A DNA stretch of 62,531 bases, counting the filler, from Sluysia triapertura (taxonomy: Eukaryota), in NCBI GenBank assembly GCA_046118255.1. It is 4 parts of 4 records of this genome, joined end to end, with 100 filler letters (N's around TTAATTAATTAA, not from the genome) between each part and the next. Parts side by side here need not be neighbours in the genome. Positions count along the whole stretch, not along the records: positions 17,619 to 32,771 come from JBJNIA010236997.1; positions 32,872 to 45,435 come from JBJNIA010098770.1; 2 more parts are not named here. The stretch is one strand, 5' to 3'. Under the pieces are notes generated by a model. The model was not told the origin of the DNA. It saw nothing but the letters and a program-made list of their open reading frames with translations, and did no database searches. Made by a program: the position numbers and the translations under genes. Positions within the stretch are counted from its first letter, which is position 1, and every line of letters begins with the position of its first letter. Below are positions 26,689-38,868 of this stretch, piece after piece.

Positions 26689-28372
26689 ATGGACTTTAAA
26701 AGTTTTTCTGAAATACGAGATGAGCATGAAATGATCCAAAAAAGACAATTACGAGATGGATTAATCCTATTTTTTTAGAATCAGACGATTATTCAAATTT
26801 TAGTAATGCACAATATTGGAATCTACCTGAGTCAGATTTTAAATTTTCTAAAACGCGATCCGGTTATCTTAATGATACAATCACATTTTGTGAAATACCA
26901 GCTCTAAAAATAAATGTTTTTATTCCTAGATCACAACTACGAGATTTCAAACTAAAATTAGCATGTAAGTTCGTTGATGATAGTTATGTAGAATTTGATG
27001 TAAAAATGATGAGGTACCTCAATCTTGTAGAAATACAAAGTCTTCAAATAAACATGTATTTTCCAATAATGTATTAGTTTATTCGAGATGTCTAGACGAT
27101 GGTTTTAATCGAAATGAAACTGCCGATATAGATGACGATTATGATTTAAAAAACAAGAATCAGTGTGATTTTGGATATTATTATCAGAAACGGACTAATT
27201 CTTTACTAAACCTATTCCAGTCAATCATTAGTAGTTATAATATGATCCAATCAATTCACCACCATTACGTATACATGGTTACAAGCCGAAATGAAGTTAT
27301 AATGATAAACAAAATAGTACACAAAGTTCTTAATGTACTGCAATGTCTACAGAATAATCACAGAATGCTGCAAGTTGCAACTTATCAGTCAATCGTTACC
27401 AACATGTTAAATGAACAATTTCATAATTCAATCTTACTAATTAATAGTCAAATCCAGGATGATAGTACAATTTTAGTTCTATTACAAGTAGATACTAGGA
27501 TGTTGAAAGACATGATCAATCTATGTTTAAACATTATTACGTGTATATTTAATAAAGAGGCGATTTCTGCTTACTTAGACGACTTAAAAATCGTATGTTA
27601 TCCTATATATGTAACCTTAACTAAGTAACTACACAATATCAATACTTAGATACATTATCAAAATACTAGTTGTTAATAAGTGAGTTTATTGATGAAGAAG
27701 ATTTTGAGTTCATCGTTAAGAATGTTTCAAACATTAAAACAATTTATGTGAGTTTTAGTTTCATACATTCATTAATCTTTATTTTAATTTATAGAATTAT
27801 CAAACGTATTGGTGAAGCCCAACAGAGTGTGGCTTGCGACAAAAGACCAGAAGAAGAAGAAGGCAAAACTTTTAATTTAAATCTAACATGTTTAGTTGTC
27901 AAATATATATCAATTAATGTCTTGTTAAATCTCGAGATTTATATCTTAAAAAGATTTTTATTCTTATCAAATAAGGTCCTAATGAACATATGTGTATTAA
28001 AGATAATAAGTTTAGATGCAGATAAACTTTGTAAAACTATTGATTCAATTTTTTTGTAAACACGTTAAGACTTATAGCTTATTAAAAGATGTTGAAAATG
28101 AGATTACACGATACTCGGCAAACAAAGAAAGCACATCGATAGATTTTATTAGAGGTTTAATCAACCTAACTCTAAAGTCTAGCATTAAAGTTACTTACTG
28201 TATTCCAAGTTCACACTTGAAATTTCTTCAATATAAATGTCAAAAGAGGAACATTATATTGATAACAAAGCTTAAAAATATAATGACGCTACGAAATCAT
28301 AAGATTAAAAACATATCCAACCATCATAAAAACTTAAAACTACTAAACAAATACGTACCTGTTATTGAGTGA
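26689..28372 (+). pseudogene. Cargo ORF C: intronless, disrupted gene of about 550 codons, unknown function
   Basis: ATG at 26689 (MDFKSFSEIRDEHEMIQKRQ...), then fragments 27242-27628, 27670-28059 and 28016-28372 separated by stops and frameshifts. Confidence 0.55.
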
Positions 28373-30980
28373 TATGATCAGATTTCGGATAAATTATCAT
28401 TATCAGTTTTGTGATAAGATATGGATTGGAGATTAATTGTCATCTAATCACTTATAATATAATGTGATAATGGTATTTATATTGCATCTTTATTTTATTA
28501 GTAACGGTAAGTTAATAATAGATCACTTTACTTAATAAAATCTCAATAAATTTAATAATTACAAAATAAAATGCAAATTATCACAAATTCTCTTATTTTA
28601 ATAATTATTTATTAAAAGCAAAATGTTACGTTTTTCGATTTAAATTTAACTCAATAATTTAATAATTACAAAATCAAATACAAATTGTTACCATCAGTTT
28701 TTATTTTAACAATAATAGAAATGAATTAAATAAAAATGACTAAATCTCGAAATTAACATTAATTTTATGATAATGTTAAGAATACAATAATCTATCCAAC
28801 TATGAAAATCAAAGTATTCTTAAGACTTCCCAAAAATAAATAAAATTTCAATAATCAAATTGGTCTGCAATCTCAATATATACCTTCGTGTATAACAGAA
28901 TACAAAAATTACAATTTACTAATTAATCTCTTCTAAATAAAAGTTATTAATTATAAATCTGCTTTACTCGTCGATTAATAAAAAAATAAAACGTTCAGAA
29001 CATCTGTAAATAATTAAAGAGGATGTCTCCCAAAAATCTAATTTACTTAAAATCAAAATAATGAAGTAATAAAAATTAAATTAGATAAAATCACAATTTT
29101 ATCCAGTACATGGATCTTCACATCAGGTATTTCTTAGGTATTCCCTTTTATATTTTCTCATCACCCGATCATTCTTGAATTTTTTGATCAAATATTTTCT
29201 CGCACAAATCATCGCAACATTATTTGAGAATTAAACTGACAATAATAACTTTGACAGTTACATGGTATAGCTTGTCGAGGTTTATTAGATTCTGCACACA
29301 AAAAATTGATTTATGATCATCTATTATTTTCTTTACTCTACTCGATATACTTTTACTTAAATTACTTCTCAAATTAAAGTTACAATCATCAGTATTGTTA
29401 ACATACACAAAAACAATGAATTTAATTTATTTTAATTTTTCATGCCAAATTTTCCAGTGTAAAAATGTTTAAGGTCCATATTCCCAAACAACCCATTCTA
29501 TAAATATTTCTAGATTCTCCGCTTTCATAGCAATCATCTCATATTCAATTCATTATATTTGCATCATTCTAAGTTTAAAAATTCAACATTCCATAATTAA
29601 GAATTAATTAAAATTTGTATTTGCTCAATATTATGGCTTTCCTTGCATGAAATCGGTTTTACCATATCTTCAACGAAAGGTCTTGTTAAAAAATATACAT
29701 ACACAGTTTCAAATTTAACATAACATTCCGTATTCAACGTTATTCACAAAAACGTACTTTTTTGCGATTAAGTTAATTAAGATTTTAATTAATTACTTTT
29801 AGACTTAATCTTAGTGAACTCAAGATCAAAGCACTGTCGTACAAAGTAGTACATATTACATAAATAAAATATTAAACAAACTCCAACAAAATCTAATCAT
29901 CAGACGACATACATATAACGTCAGTCATATGTTAGAACCTTCTAATTTCAATTTAAAACTAATGTCACTTAATTTTGTTGTATTTGTCACAATTGTATAA
30001 TATCATATTCATTTTTCTTTGTTTTAATTCTATTTTCGTTTTATCTATCTTTTATCGTTTTATTATTGTTGTATCACTTAATATTAATTTCATAAACTGT
30101 ATGGATCCGATAAGAATCACTTATTGTTTGTTAACGAACACTGTATTTGTTTGTATATTTTGGCAAATATCTGTTTCCAAGATGCTACATTAGCCACTAC
30201 TTCACTTTCTATGTTAATTTTATTGTCGATACACAGCTTTTGTTCTATGACATAGTCATCAAGGAAGAACTATTATTATCACTATAATTGTCACGCTATT
30301 AAGATTGCGAATTAAATGTTTGAATTACTGTAGTTATGTCTTTGATGTTACTATAAATCAGGTATTGTAATTTATATTATCTAACTGTATAAGAATGTCA
30401 TTTTTATTCTTTATTAAAGTATTATCGTTTATTTGTCGTTGCAATGTCCTTATTTATTTCTGCTTTCATAAATAAGTGTACATAAAGTTGGAACTGTTAC
30501 CATGATACACACTACTTGTCTTCATGACAGTACGCGTCAGTTCACAGGTTAATATATTTGGTTATTAGTCATGCATTTTAGCAAAGCAATTAAGAAAAAA
30601 ATTCATGATTTCACGTAGTACATGTGTTTTCCGGATCAGCTCTCATCATTTTAATTAATTCATTTTGCAGTTACGGGTTTGTTACACATCTACCCTTTTT
30701 TATACTATTCTTTATTAATTATTTACTTTTAAAATATATTTGTAATTTTGGGTTATCATTATTAGTTAATATTTAACTATTCACAATAATGGATAGCTAA
30801 ATATTAAACAATAAGTATCTTATTCATAATTCGTAATTTCTTTTACTTTATTTATTTATTATTATTATTATTATTATTTTTACTACTGTTATTATTTTAT
30901 TACTATGATTATAATTAATATATTATTATCATGATAAAAATTAATGATTATAATGTGCAAATGATCAATATTAGTGAAAA

Positions 30981-32330
30981 ATGAAGCTGAGAAATCTAAA
31001 AGGTTGGAAAAATCCAAACTCAATCATTCGTAAATTTATGCATATAACTGTTAATGAATACGTGAAATTTATTTTCAACCCATTACAATTAATAAGTCTT
31101 TAAATTTGCTATTGTAACACCACTTGGAATCACTAAATGAGATTATTTCAAATTAATTGGATACCTGATTATTATGCTTGTTCTTTAGAATATACATATG
31201 TTAATCCATCAATTGAAACTTGTTCTTGCATAGTTCCTCATTATTTTTCATGCAGTTTAATTGAGAATGTTATAATCAGTAATTTTATTATTAAAAATAA
31301 TGGTTGTTTCGATAATTTCGAAAAAGAAAGATCACTATTTTCTATTAATAATATTATAAGGGTTAGACGTTATAATGGTAGTAAATTACATATGAGCTCT
31401 TTTATAATCTTTATGATTTAAAACTTCCGATTAATAGATATCGCAACCAATTTTAGAACTGGTGTTGAATTATCATGTGATTTCTTTCATCCTAATTTGA
31501 TAAATTTATTTAATGTGTTTCCATTTTCAAATAATTTAAGAGATGATATACATAATGGATGGATATTAAGTGAATTATTAGAAAAAACAGAAATTAATAG
31601 TAATTTGGAGCGTCTGGTGATAAGGCATCATACACATTCTGATAATTTGATGCTTTTCTCTGAAATCCAGAGCGCATTGAACTCCTACAAATGCTAAGAG
31701 TGATCTTTCAGTTAAAGAAACCTCTGGAGTATGTGTGAATGTAAAACATTCCTCCCACTTATATAAAGAATCGATATCCAAAGCATGTATTAATGGATAT
31801 TTATCCAAACTAGGTTTATCTTCTTCTAACGCAAATAGTACTGCGAAGGTTGTTGGCAGTTCAATTGGTTCCACATATATTCGGCAATTATCTGATGCAT
31901 TTATTATGTATAAAGAGGAAAAACTTTGTATACGGAATTGCAATGGCATGAAGTCAATGTATATGGTGATCTTTATGTTTCCTCTTGCGACAGCGATTAA
32001 TATTGCTTGGTTATTTTCTGGATACCCTTCAAGAAGATTGATTACATGTGGTGATTCTATTAAATTTACTTGGAAAAGATGTGTAATAAATGGTTCATCC
32101 AATTCACTTTTAAGTGTGTTTGGTGTTAATTTTGGCAAAAGAAATACAGCAGGAGAACCATTTTGGCCGCAGTATCTGTCGATGCCGTTATAGAAAGAAG
32201 AAATATTATTAATTATTTTTGCATGAGGTGTGTTCATGCTAATATTACTATAGAAATTATAAACTTCCTTGATAATAGATTTCTGAATAATAATAATGTC
32301 CATAAAGAGAGTGAAAATGTACATAAATAA
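30981..32330 (+). pseudogene. Disrupted Cys-rich intronless gene of about 450 codons
   Basis: One frame runs from ATG 30981 through 31697 with three internal stops, then 31735-32160 in a shifted frame, then 32163-32330 back in the first frame. Codon pattern (G-rich first, A/T-rich third position) favours the plus strand. Confidence 0.5.
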
Positions 32331-32635
32331 AACAAAAGAAAATATAATGCGCGTTAGATTAATTTTGATTTCATATTATTTATTTATTTATTTACAAGAC
32401 CTTATATTATTTTAAGAGTAAAAAAAATTAAAAATCCTAATTATGTTTCTTTTTAATGAAAGGATTAGCTATTTTGTTTTTATGATATAATCCTGCTCGT
32501 TTTTATAGATGTCTTATTTGTCGACGACGTCTGTTATGTCTCTGAGACTTTGTTAATCCAGGAGGATAGTTTGTAGGGGGTATCGTTATCAAATGTTGTG
32601 TACTATTTTTCTCAACTTGCTTTGGTGTATGAACT

Positions 32636-32771
32636 TGTAGTGGCCAACCCCATAATTTAAGCTTAAATATAACTCCACTAAAAAAAAAATTTTAAATCAC
32701 AATCATACTATGTAGCTATTATCACCACACAATTCACCGCATAAAACAACAATACACAATTATAACACTTT
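32636..32771 (+). mobile_element. LTR-like head, cut by the contig end
   Basis: TGTAGTGGCCAACCCATAATT is nearly identical to the start at 25481 and is followed by a C/A-rich tract. Confidence 0.65.
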
Positions 32772-32871
32772 NNNNNNNNNNNNNNNNNNNNNNNNNNNNN
32801 NNNNNNNNNNNNNNNTTAATTAATTAANNNNNNNNNNNNNNNNNNNNNNNNNNNNNNNNNNNNNNNNNNNN
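32772..32871. other. Artificial contig spacer
   Basis: N44-TTAATTAATTAA-N44. Confidence 0.99.
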
Positions 32872-33066
32872 CTTTACGATTTAAATCTTGAGTTATTGGC
32901 GAACCCTCATAAGAGAAATAAATTCATAATTGTTAAATTAAAGAAAAATTTGAACAAGATTATTATTTGACATAGGCTTAATATTTCACGTATTTCGTCT
33001 GTTTAAATAAATCATTATAAATTCTAAAACGTATTAAAAGCTTTTTTAAAATTAATTTTCTTAAAA

Positions 33067-33129
33067 ATGGAACAAGTGGAAATTCGAAATATTGTGAAGT
33101 ATGAGTTCGACCTAAGAACTCATACTTCA
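33067..33129 (+). pseudogene. Mariner transposase N-terminal relic
   Basis: MEQVEIRNIVKYEF resembles the ME..EIR....YEF start of cecropia-subfamily mariners. It ends in a 14-bp inverted duplication. Confidence 0.45.
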
Positions 33130-33647
33130 TTACTATGCGAATTTAAACCGTTTCATTAATTTTTAGATAAAGATTTTAAATATATAAATTATTTTATGCA
33201 TAGTACACAAGAATAAGTTTCGGCTATTGAAGTATATTTGTATTAATTTATAACTGTTTTATCTGTGGTCATTAAATAGACCTTCGTGTGTTAATAATGC
33301 ATTATTTATTTCAAAGTAGTGATAAAATTTGCATTCTCACTTGTACCAATTAATAACTTTGATTGTAAATCCTTCCAACTGACTGCCCATAATGTTTACA
33401 ATTGAGGTAACTATAGTGTAACGATAAAATATAACATTAGAGCCTAGAATAAATAATTGTGAACCATAACGTCTTACCGAAAGCATAAAATTCAAAAGAT
33501 ATAAAATGTTTGACTTTAATTAAATAATATCTAAAATAAAGTAACAAAACGAGTACGGAATTCATGACAATGATGTATGGAAAATAATGTGAATTTTTTT
33601 AGTATAGTTTACAAGTTATATTGATTTAAAAGAATTAAACTACTAAC

Positions 33648-34641
33648 CGATACAGCATACAAGTGATAAATATTATGCTTAGATTGCTGGTTAGATGACA
33701 GAACAGAAGTCAAATCTAACTGGTGAATAGGAAAATCAACTGTACAACTAATTTTTTGCCGATGATATTGACCAATATAAGAAAACCGTTTCAAATGCAC
33801 TAGTAAATATGGGGGCAACTTCCAAATGTCAATTCGTTTAATTGCATCGCGTGCAGTTTTACAACGAGGGCAATTCCAACGACTTCCTCCTGTCATGCGT
33901 TCTTCGGATCGAAATAAGGCTAAGCAATCATATAATGATACTCGACTAGTGTCTGACTGAACTGGCAATGGAAGAGATAAGTATTGAAATGGTTCGAATG
34001 TAACTGAAACTTTACTGCAAGTTGCACATCGTACTTCTGATCGAAACATGCCCTAAATATTATTATAAAATTGTTTATTTAAATATTAACTAAAAATTTG
34101 TGAATGTTTATATTGTAAAGTTTTAAACTAACTTGAAACAAGTTGACAATCAATGAATCATTTCTAATTTTGTATCGATTCCAAGCTTTCTCAGAAAGAA
34201 TAAAGTCACTTTCATTCTCATTATTTTCGTCATTGTCTAATATAGTATTTTTTGAATTACCGGCAACTTTATTCAAGTCTTCGTGCAATCCATCCAATAA
34301 AAAAGCGAGAAATTCTTGACTATCGTGTTGTTCAGAACCAGAAAATAATGAACCGCCACTTACTTGACAAGTAACAACTCTTTTAAAATCTGAAGGAGTT
34401 ACAGACGAATAAGAACCAGTCCACATTGCTTTAATCACGTTTACAAATTCTTTAACAACCAAACCTTTATGACCCAAAGGATTGTTGTAGTTGATGTCAT
34501 CCATATAACGATCAGTCAACAGATAAGTGGTCAGAAACTTTGTATTACTAAGTGCTTGAATGACACTGCTCATATAACACGTATTACCCATATTACGCAA
34601 TCCTGTCAATCCTGGTTCCTAATTTAAAAAAATTACAAGTA

Positions 34642-34700
<59 letters not shown>

Positions 34701-35400
34701 AATTATACAAGTTATTCTTATTAAAATTTTTATTTAAAAACATAGGAAACCATATAAATAGTGCTAAAGGTTAATTTCCTAGCTTAATTATAGTTTATAC
34801 AAGTTAGGTTTAATCTATTAATCATATATGTGATATCATGAAAATTAATTTGAAAATCAAATTAAAAATGCAAGTTGCGTATAGAATAAATAAAATAATT
34901 GAAGTTAAAACAGTTTAATTTTAATATTATAAATAAGCACAATCATAAAACAAATAAACATATTACAAATAAAATTGTGATAAAAATGTACTCATTGTGG
35001 TGTTAAAAAGTGATTCGAAATAATGGTTTCAGATCATTTCAGGTTTTTGAGATTTTCACACAATGAATTTGAATCAAATTTTGATGAATTTTGTATTACT
35101 AATGAATTGTGTAAATAAATGACTTAATTAGAGTAATTTAATAATGATTGAAAGATAAAAAAATCTCTGTTAAAATATAAATGAAATAAACTTACTACAG
35201 ACTTATAATTTGGTTGAAAATTGTTAATTTGATTTGCAGTGAATTTGCATATGAATGGAAGTGACATAGGATCCGAAGATACATTAGGACTAATATTACT
35301 TTTGATTAATTGCGGTGTATTTCGAACGGAAACCTGGTTTGTATTTACAGATTCAGGAATAATTGATACACTAGTATCTTTGGAATCATTAATTAAGTAT
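33648..35400 (-). CDS. USP8: USP8-like ubiquitin carboxyl-terminal hydrolase, partial (exons 35196-35400, 34133-34618, 33648-34052)
   Basis: Cys box GLRNMGNTCYM, plus DDINYNNPLGHKG, QHDSQEFLAFLLDGLHEDLN, two CxxC pairs and IWKLPPYLLVHLKRF...VDFP. GT-AG junctions are phase-consistent. The His-box exon and the N-terminal exons are not in the contig. Confidence 0.9.
34643..34693 (+). repeat. (TAT)n microsatellite in a USP8 intron
   Basis: Perfect TAT run seen directly. Confidence 0.95.
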
Positions 35401-36629
35401 CTTAATAATAATAATAATAATAAAGATGTAAATTACTATTTTAGAATAAGAGACATACAATAGAGGAGATAAACTAAAGTTAACTTATTAAAAGTACTTA
35501 TTTAAGTTAATTATTAATTAAAACCGTAATAAATCAGAATTAAAAACGGATAATTGAATATTATGGTCACCTAAAATTCATAAATTTAGACCTTCGCCAA
35601 GATAACTCATTCCCCTGTAGTAAAGTATAATCTGATGCCATTTACTAAAAGTTGAAAATCAATATAATTAAACTTCAACTCTTTGTTCTTTCTAAAACAC
35701 TAAGACTGGAATATTGTTAATATTCACTTAACGAATAGGTTATGTACTCGTAAGTTGTTTTCAGTTCAATAATCCTAACAATAATAAAAATTTTACATAT
35801 TTTATTTACTATTATTTAAAAATAGCTAAAATGTCATTAAGAAATGTCTAAATTCGGAATGCGTTCGAAACACCACCAAAATCTAATCATTTGTTCATTC
35901 AATCATTTCCAACATTACTAGATGATTTCAAACAAATATCATAATTATTTGTTTGAAATTGCTAAAATAAATTAAACACTAAGTTCCAAGTTATTAATTA
36001 ATCTCATTTAAATGCCTACAATTAATTGGCTGAGATTTAAATATTCCTATTGCAGAAAAGAAACACTGACTGATTCTAAAAGCATTCGTTTATTAAATTC
36101 AAGAACATTTCAATTTGAAAAAATTAATCGTAGAAAAGTAAATGGGCACATAAAATTAGTTTGTGTCAAGACTAATTTTATCGTGCGAATAATATTGATT
36201 TCAGTTATATATTTTATAAATATAAATTATTATTTAATATTTTGCTAAAATTAAAAGCAAACGGTAAAACATAATTAAAATGTGATTAAATGAAGTGTTT
36301 TCCTTTTTTTAAATTTTTTAACAACATATTTGCATTAATTAGAAAAACAAGCCATTATAAGAGAATGTATTAGGAAACAAAAATGTTTCATTAACGAGAC
36401 ATTTTTTAAAGAAACTGGGAATGAATATATTAATAAATTTTATCTAAATACATCAACAAAATACTATAAATAGCTTGATGGAAAAAAATATAAACTAAGA
36501 AAATATAATCTTTTTCAAATATTTCAGTTTTGCACAATACCAAAAAGATGCTATCTCAAAATGATCGTGCATATATTGTCACAACTGTGGCAAAAAATTA
36601 ACTATACTAAAAACAAATTGCTAGATTAA

Positions 36630-36880
36630 GTCTAATGACTCAGTTGATAGAATGTGATTGAGAAAAACAAAAGAAATTGGTGAAAACTGTATCACCGAAA
36701 CAATAAGTGGATCATGCAGTGTACATCAAACTTATGTATCATAATCTGGCTGAAATAGTAAAAAATGTTTGAGACTTCTCAAAAAGACTTTTGTTTAATA
36801 ATCTAAATACATGCTGAAATGTTTTTGTTATTCATGAGACTGCGCAGCAAGATATCCCGGGTTTGAATCCTGGTCAGTCA
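36630..36880 (+). other. tRNA-derived SINE head or tRNA pseudogene split by an insertion of about 180 bp
   Basis: A-box-like TGACTCAGTTGATAGA at 36636-36651 and a T-arm/B-box CCGGG-TTTGAAT-CCTGG at 36857-36873. Confidence 0.45.
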
Positions 36881-37314
36881 ATTTTATATACTAACATTTA
36901 ATGCCGATGAAGCAAATAATACTGATAAAAATAGACATTAAATTTTAATTTAGTTATTACTAAATTGAAATACGTAATATTGCATATTATAGAATATATA
37001 AAACACATTAAATTTGATTATTTTCAATTCTTTTGCATTACTAGTTGATGCAAATTTTACTAATTCTAAATTTTTATTTAATTAAGACTTAGATTTTAAT
37101 TTTCTACATATTTTTTACGTAGAAATGAATACATAAAGATATATTAATATATTAAAGATATATTGACATTATTTTTGTTTTACTTTATTAATTTTACTAA
37201 TTATTATTACTTAAGAATATTACAAATTATTATTATTATTATTTTGATATTTTATTAAATATAATAAAAAGAACTTTAATAAATTTATAAAAAAATAAAA
37301 AGCCCTCCACACAT

Positions 37315-37331
37315 TGGTGTCAGGAGTGGAT
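37315..37331 (+). promoter_or_regulatory. tRNA-Leu primer-binding site following an LTR-like end (...CTCCACACA)
   Basis: TGGTGTCAGGAGTGGAT is the Leu PBS TGGTGTCAGGAGTGGGAT lacking one G. Confidence 0.75.
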
Positions 37332-37431
37332 CGGCTCAACCTAAGCGGTAACAGGGTCCCTTGTTTTCAATTTGAGGTTCGATTTACCCTTATATTTGTA
37401 CTTGTTTTCTTGGATTCTTAGGTTTGGTTCT

Positions 37432-38066
37432 TCAATTTTCGTTTTGTAAGTACACCAAACGTTTGTCCAAAAATGATTCCAACACTGGATCAGAATCAGA
37501 CATACATAAACATGTCTCACATATGGATACTGTTGAGATACTTCTGTCAACTGATCGCATTTCCATGATCCAATGCTTGAGATCGTCTTCAAGCTCTGGA
37601 CATCTTTTATATGACTTTTTGGTCTGCCTTGGTTCATCCTCTTGCTTTCTCCATCTTCTAAACATTGATTCATCGACATTGAGTTCTGTGGCGGCTTTCC
37701 GATTACCATTTGCTTTAGCCAATTCGATTAATTTTAATTTTCACTCTGTGGTGTATGAAGATCGTTTCATGGCGAATAAAAATTGAATTAATTTATTAAA
37801 ACGTAAATTCATGTAGCGTATTAATAACCACAAAGAAGTTATTGTATGAAATTATTATAATTAATTATTAGAAATTTAAAATATTTAAATAAATGTCACA
37901 ATGACGAGGTAGTTTATTAGAATAGGACTTTGCATTAAAAATGACATTTTTTATTTATTAGAGTCAAGAAATTTTGAGGATTTTAAACATCAATGTATAA
38001 GCCGCACCTCCTAAATTATGACCATTTTAAAGTTTTTGAGTGCGGCCTATAGTCCGGAAAATACGG
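37432..38066 (-). mobile_element. pogo-superfamily (POGK/Tigger-like) DNA transposon 5' end with a truncated transposase
   Basis: TIR CCGTATTTTCCGGACTATAGGCCGCAC has its terminus at 38066 and is flanked by TA; a subterminal TATAAGCCGCAC lies near 37996. ATG 37770 begins MKRSSYTTE*KLKLIELAKANGNRKAATELNVDESMFRRWRKQ (Brinker-type HTH), then PELEDDLKHWIMEMR (CENP-B HTH). Confidence 0.85.
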
Positions 38067-38868
38067 TAATAGTTTATTTGTGTTTATAAATAGTTTCTAT
38101 ATATGTAAAAAAATAAGGAATCCTATACTTTTGAAATAGTGTATGTGAAAATAAATGATATATATTTTCAAATTTTTTAAATCGTCGATCTAATTATCAT
38201 AGGATTTCGTCTTTTGATTTGTTCTTGTCTAGGAGCTTGATAAGATGTTTATAACGATAATAATGAGCGCCACATCTGCAATCAAACCCTGTTAAACCAA
38301 CATGTTACATCCATCACTGTTATTTCTAAAGTTTATTCGTTATTAATTATGTTGAGCATTTCTTTTACGATTTTCTCATTTTATTTCTGATGAATCATAA
38401 TATAAAAGGGACTGGCTGTTTCCTTTGATTATATTGCTTGGATAAGGTTAAGTAATCCGAAAGCATTTGGAATACATTTCCATATTTTGAATTGATTTGC
38501 GATGTAAAGAAGTATTATGATGTTAAGCTATTGACCATATGAAAGAGCATGGAGGGTGAAGTTGCCTAGGAGTTTGAAATGGTAACGATGTGTATGGCCG
38601 TGCAGATGGAAACGGAAGAAGATCATTACTTATAAATTGTTTGAAATATGATTAATGCTATCTGGTTGCTTATAATTACATTCAATATTTGAATTGGAAT
38701 ATGGCAATATTAATTGGGACGATGTTTGTCTGTGATTGTGTTTTCGTCTTGACTTCACCAAAACATGTTTACAAACTCGTTTTTTAACTCGACAACATTC
38801 ATAAATATAGTTTTTAAATTTTATTACATAAATGTGTTTAAAACATTGGATTATCTTTTAAATTTCAG

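Noticed and set aside
31578-32324. The 248-aa minus ORF as the confident gene
   Set aside because: Codon-position bias at both ends favours the plus strand, and the middle part is the third-position shadow frame. It is kept only as an alternative.
33350-33400. KHYGQSVG as the missing USP8 His-box exon
   Set aside because: It lacks GGHY and a usable acceptor and hits a stop quickly; the real exon is probably beyond the contig edge.
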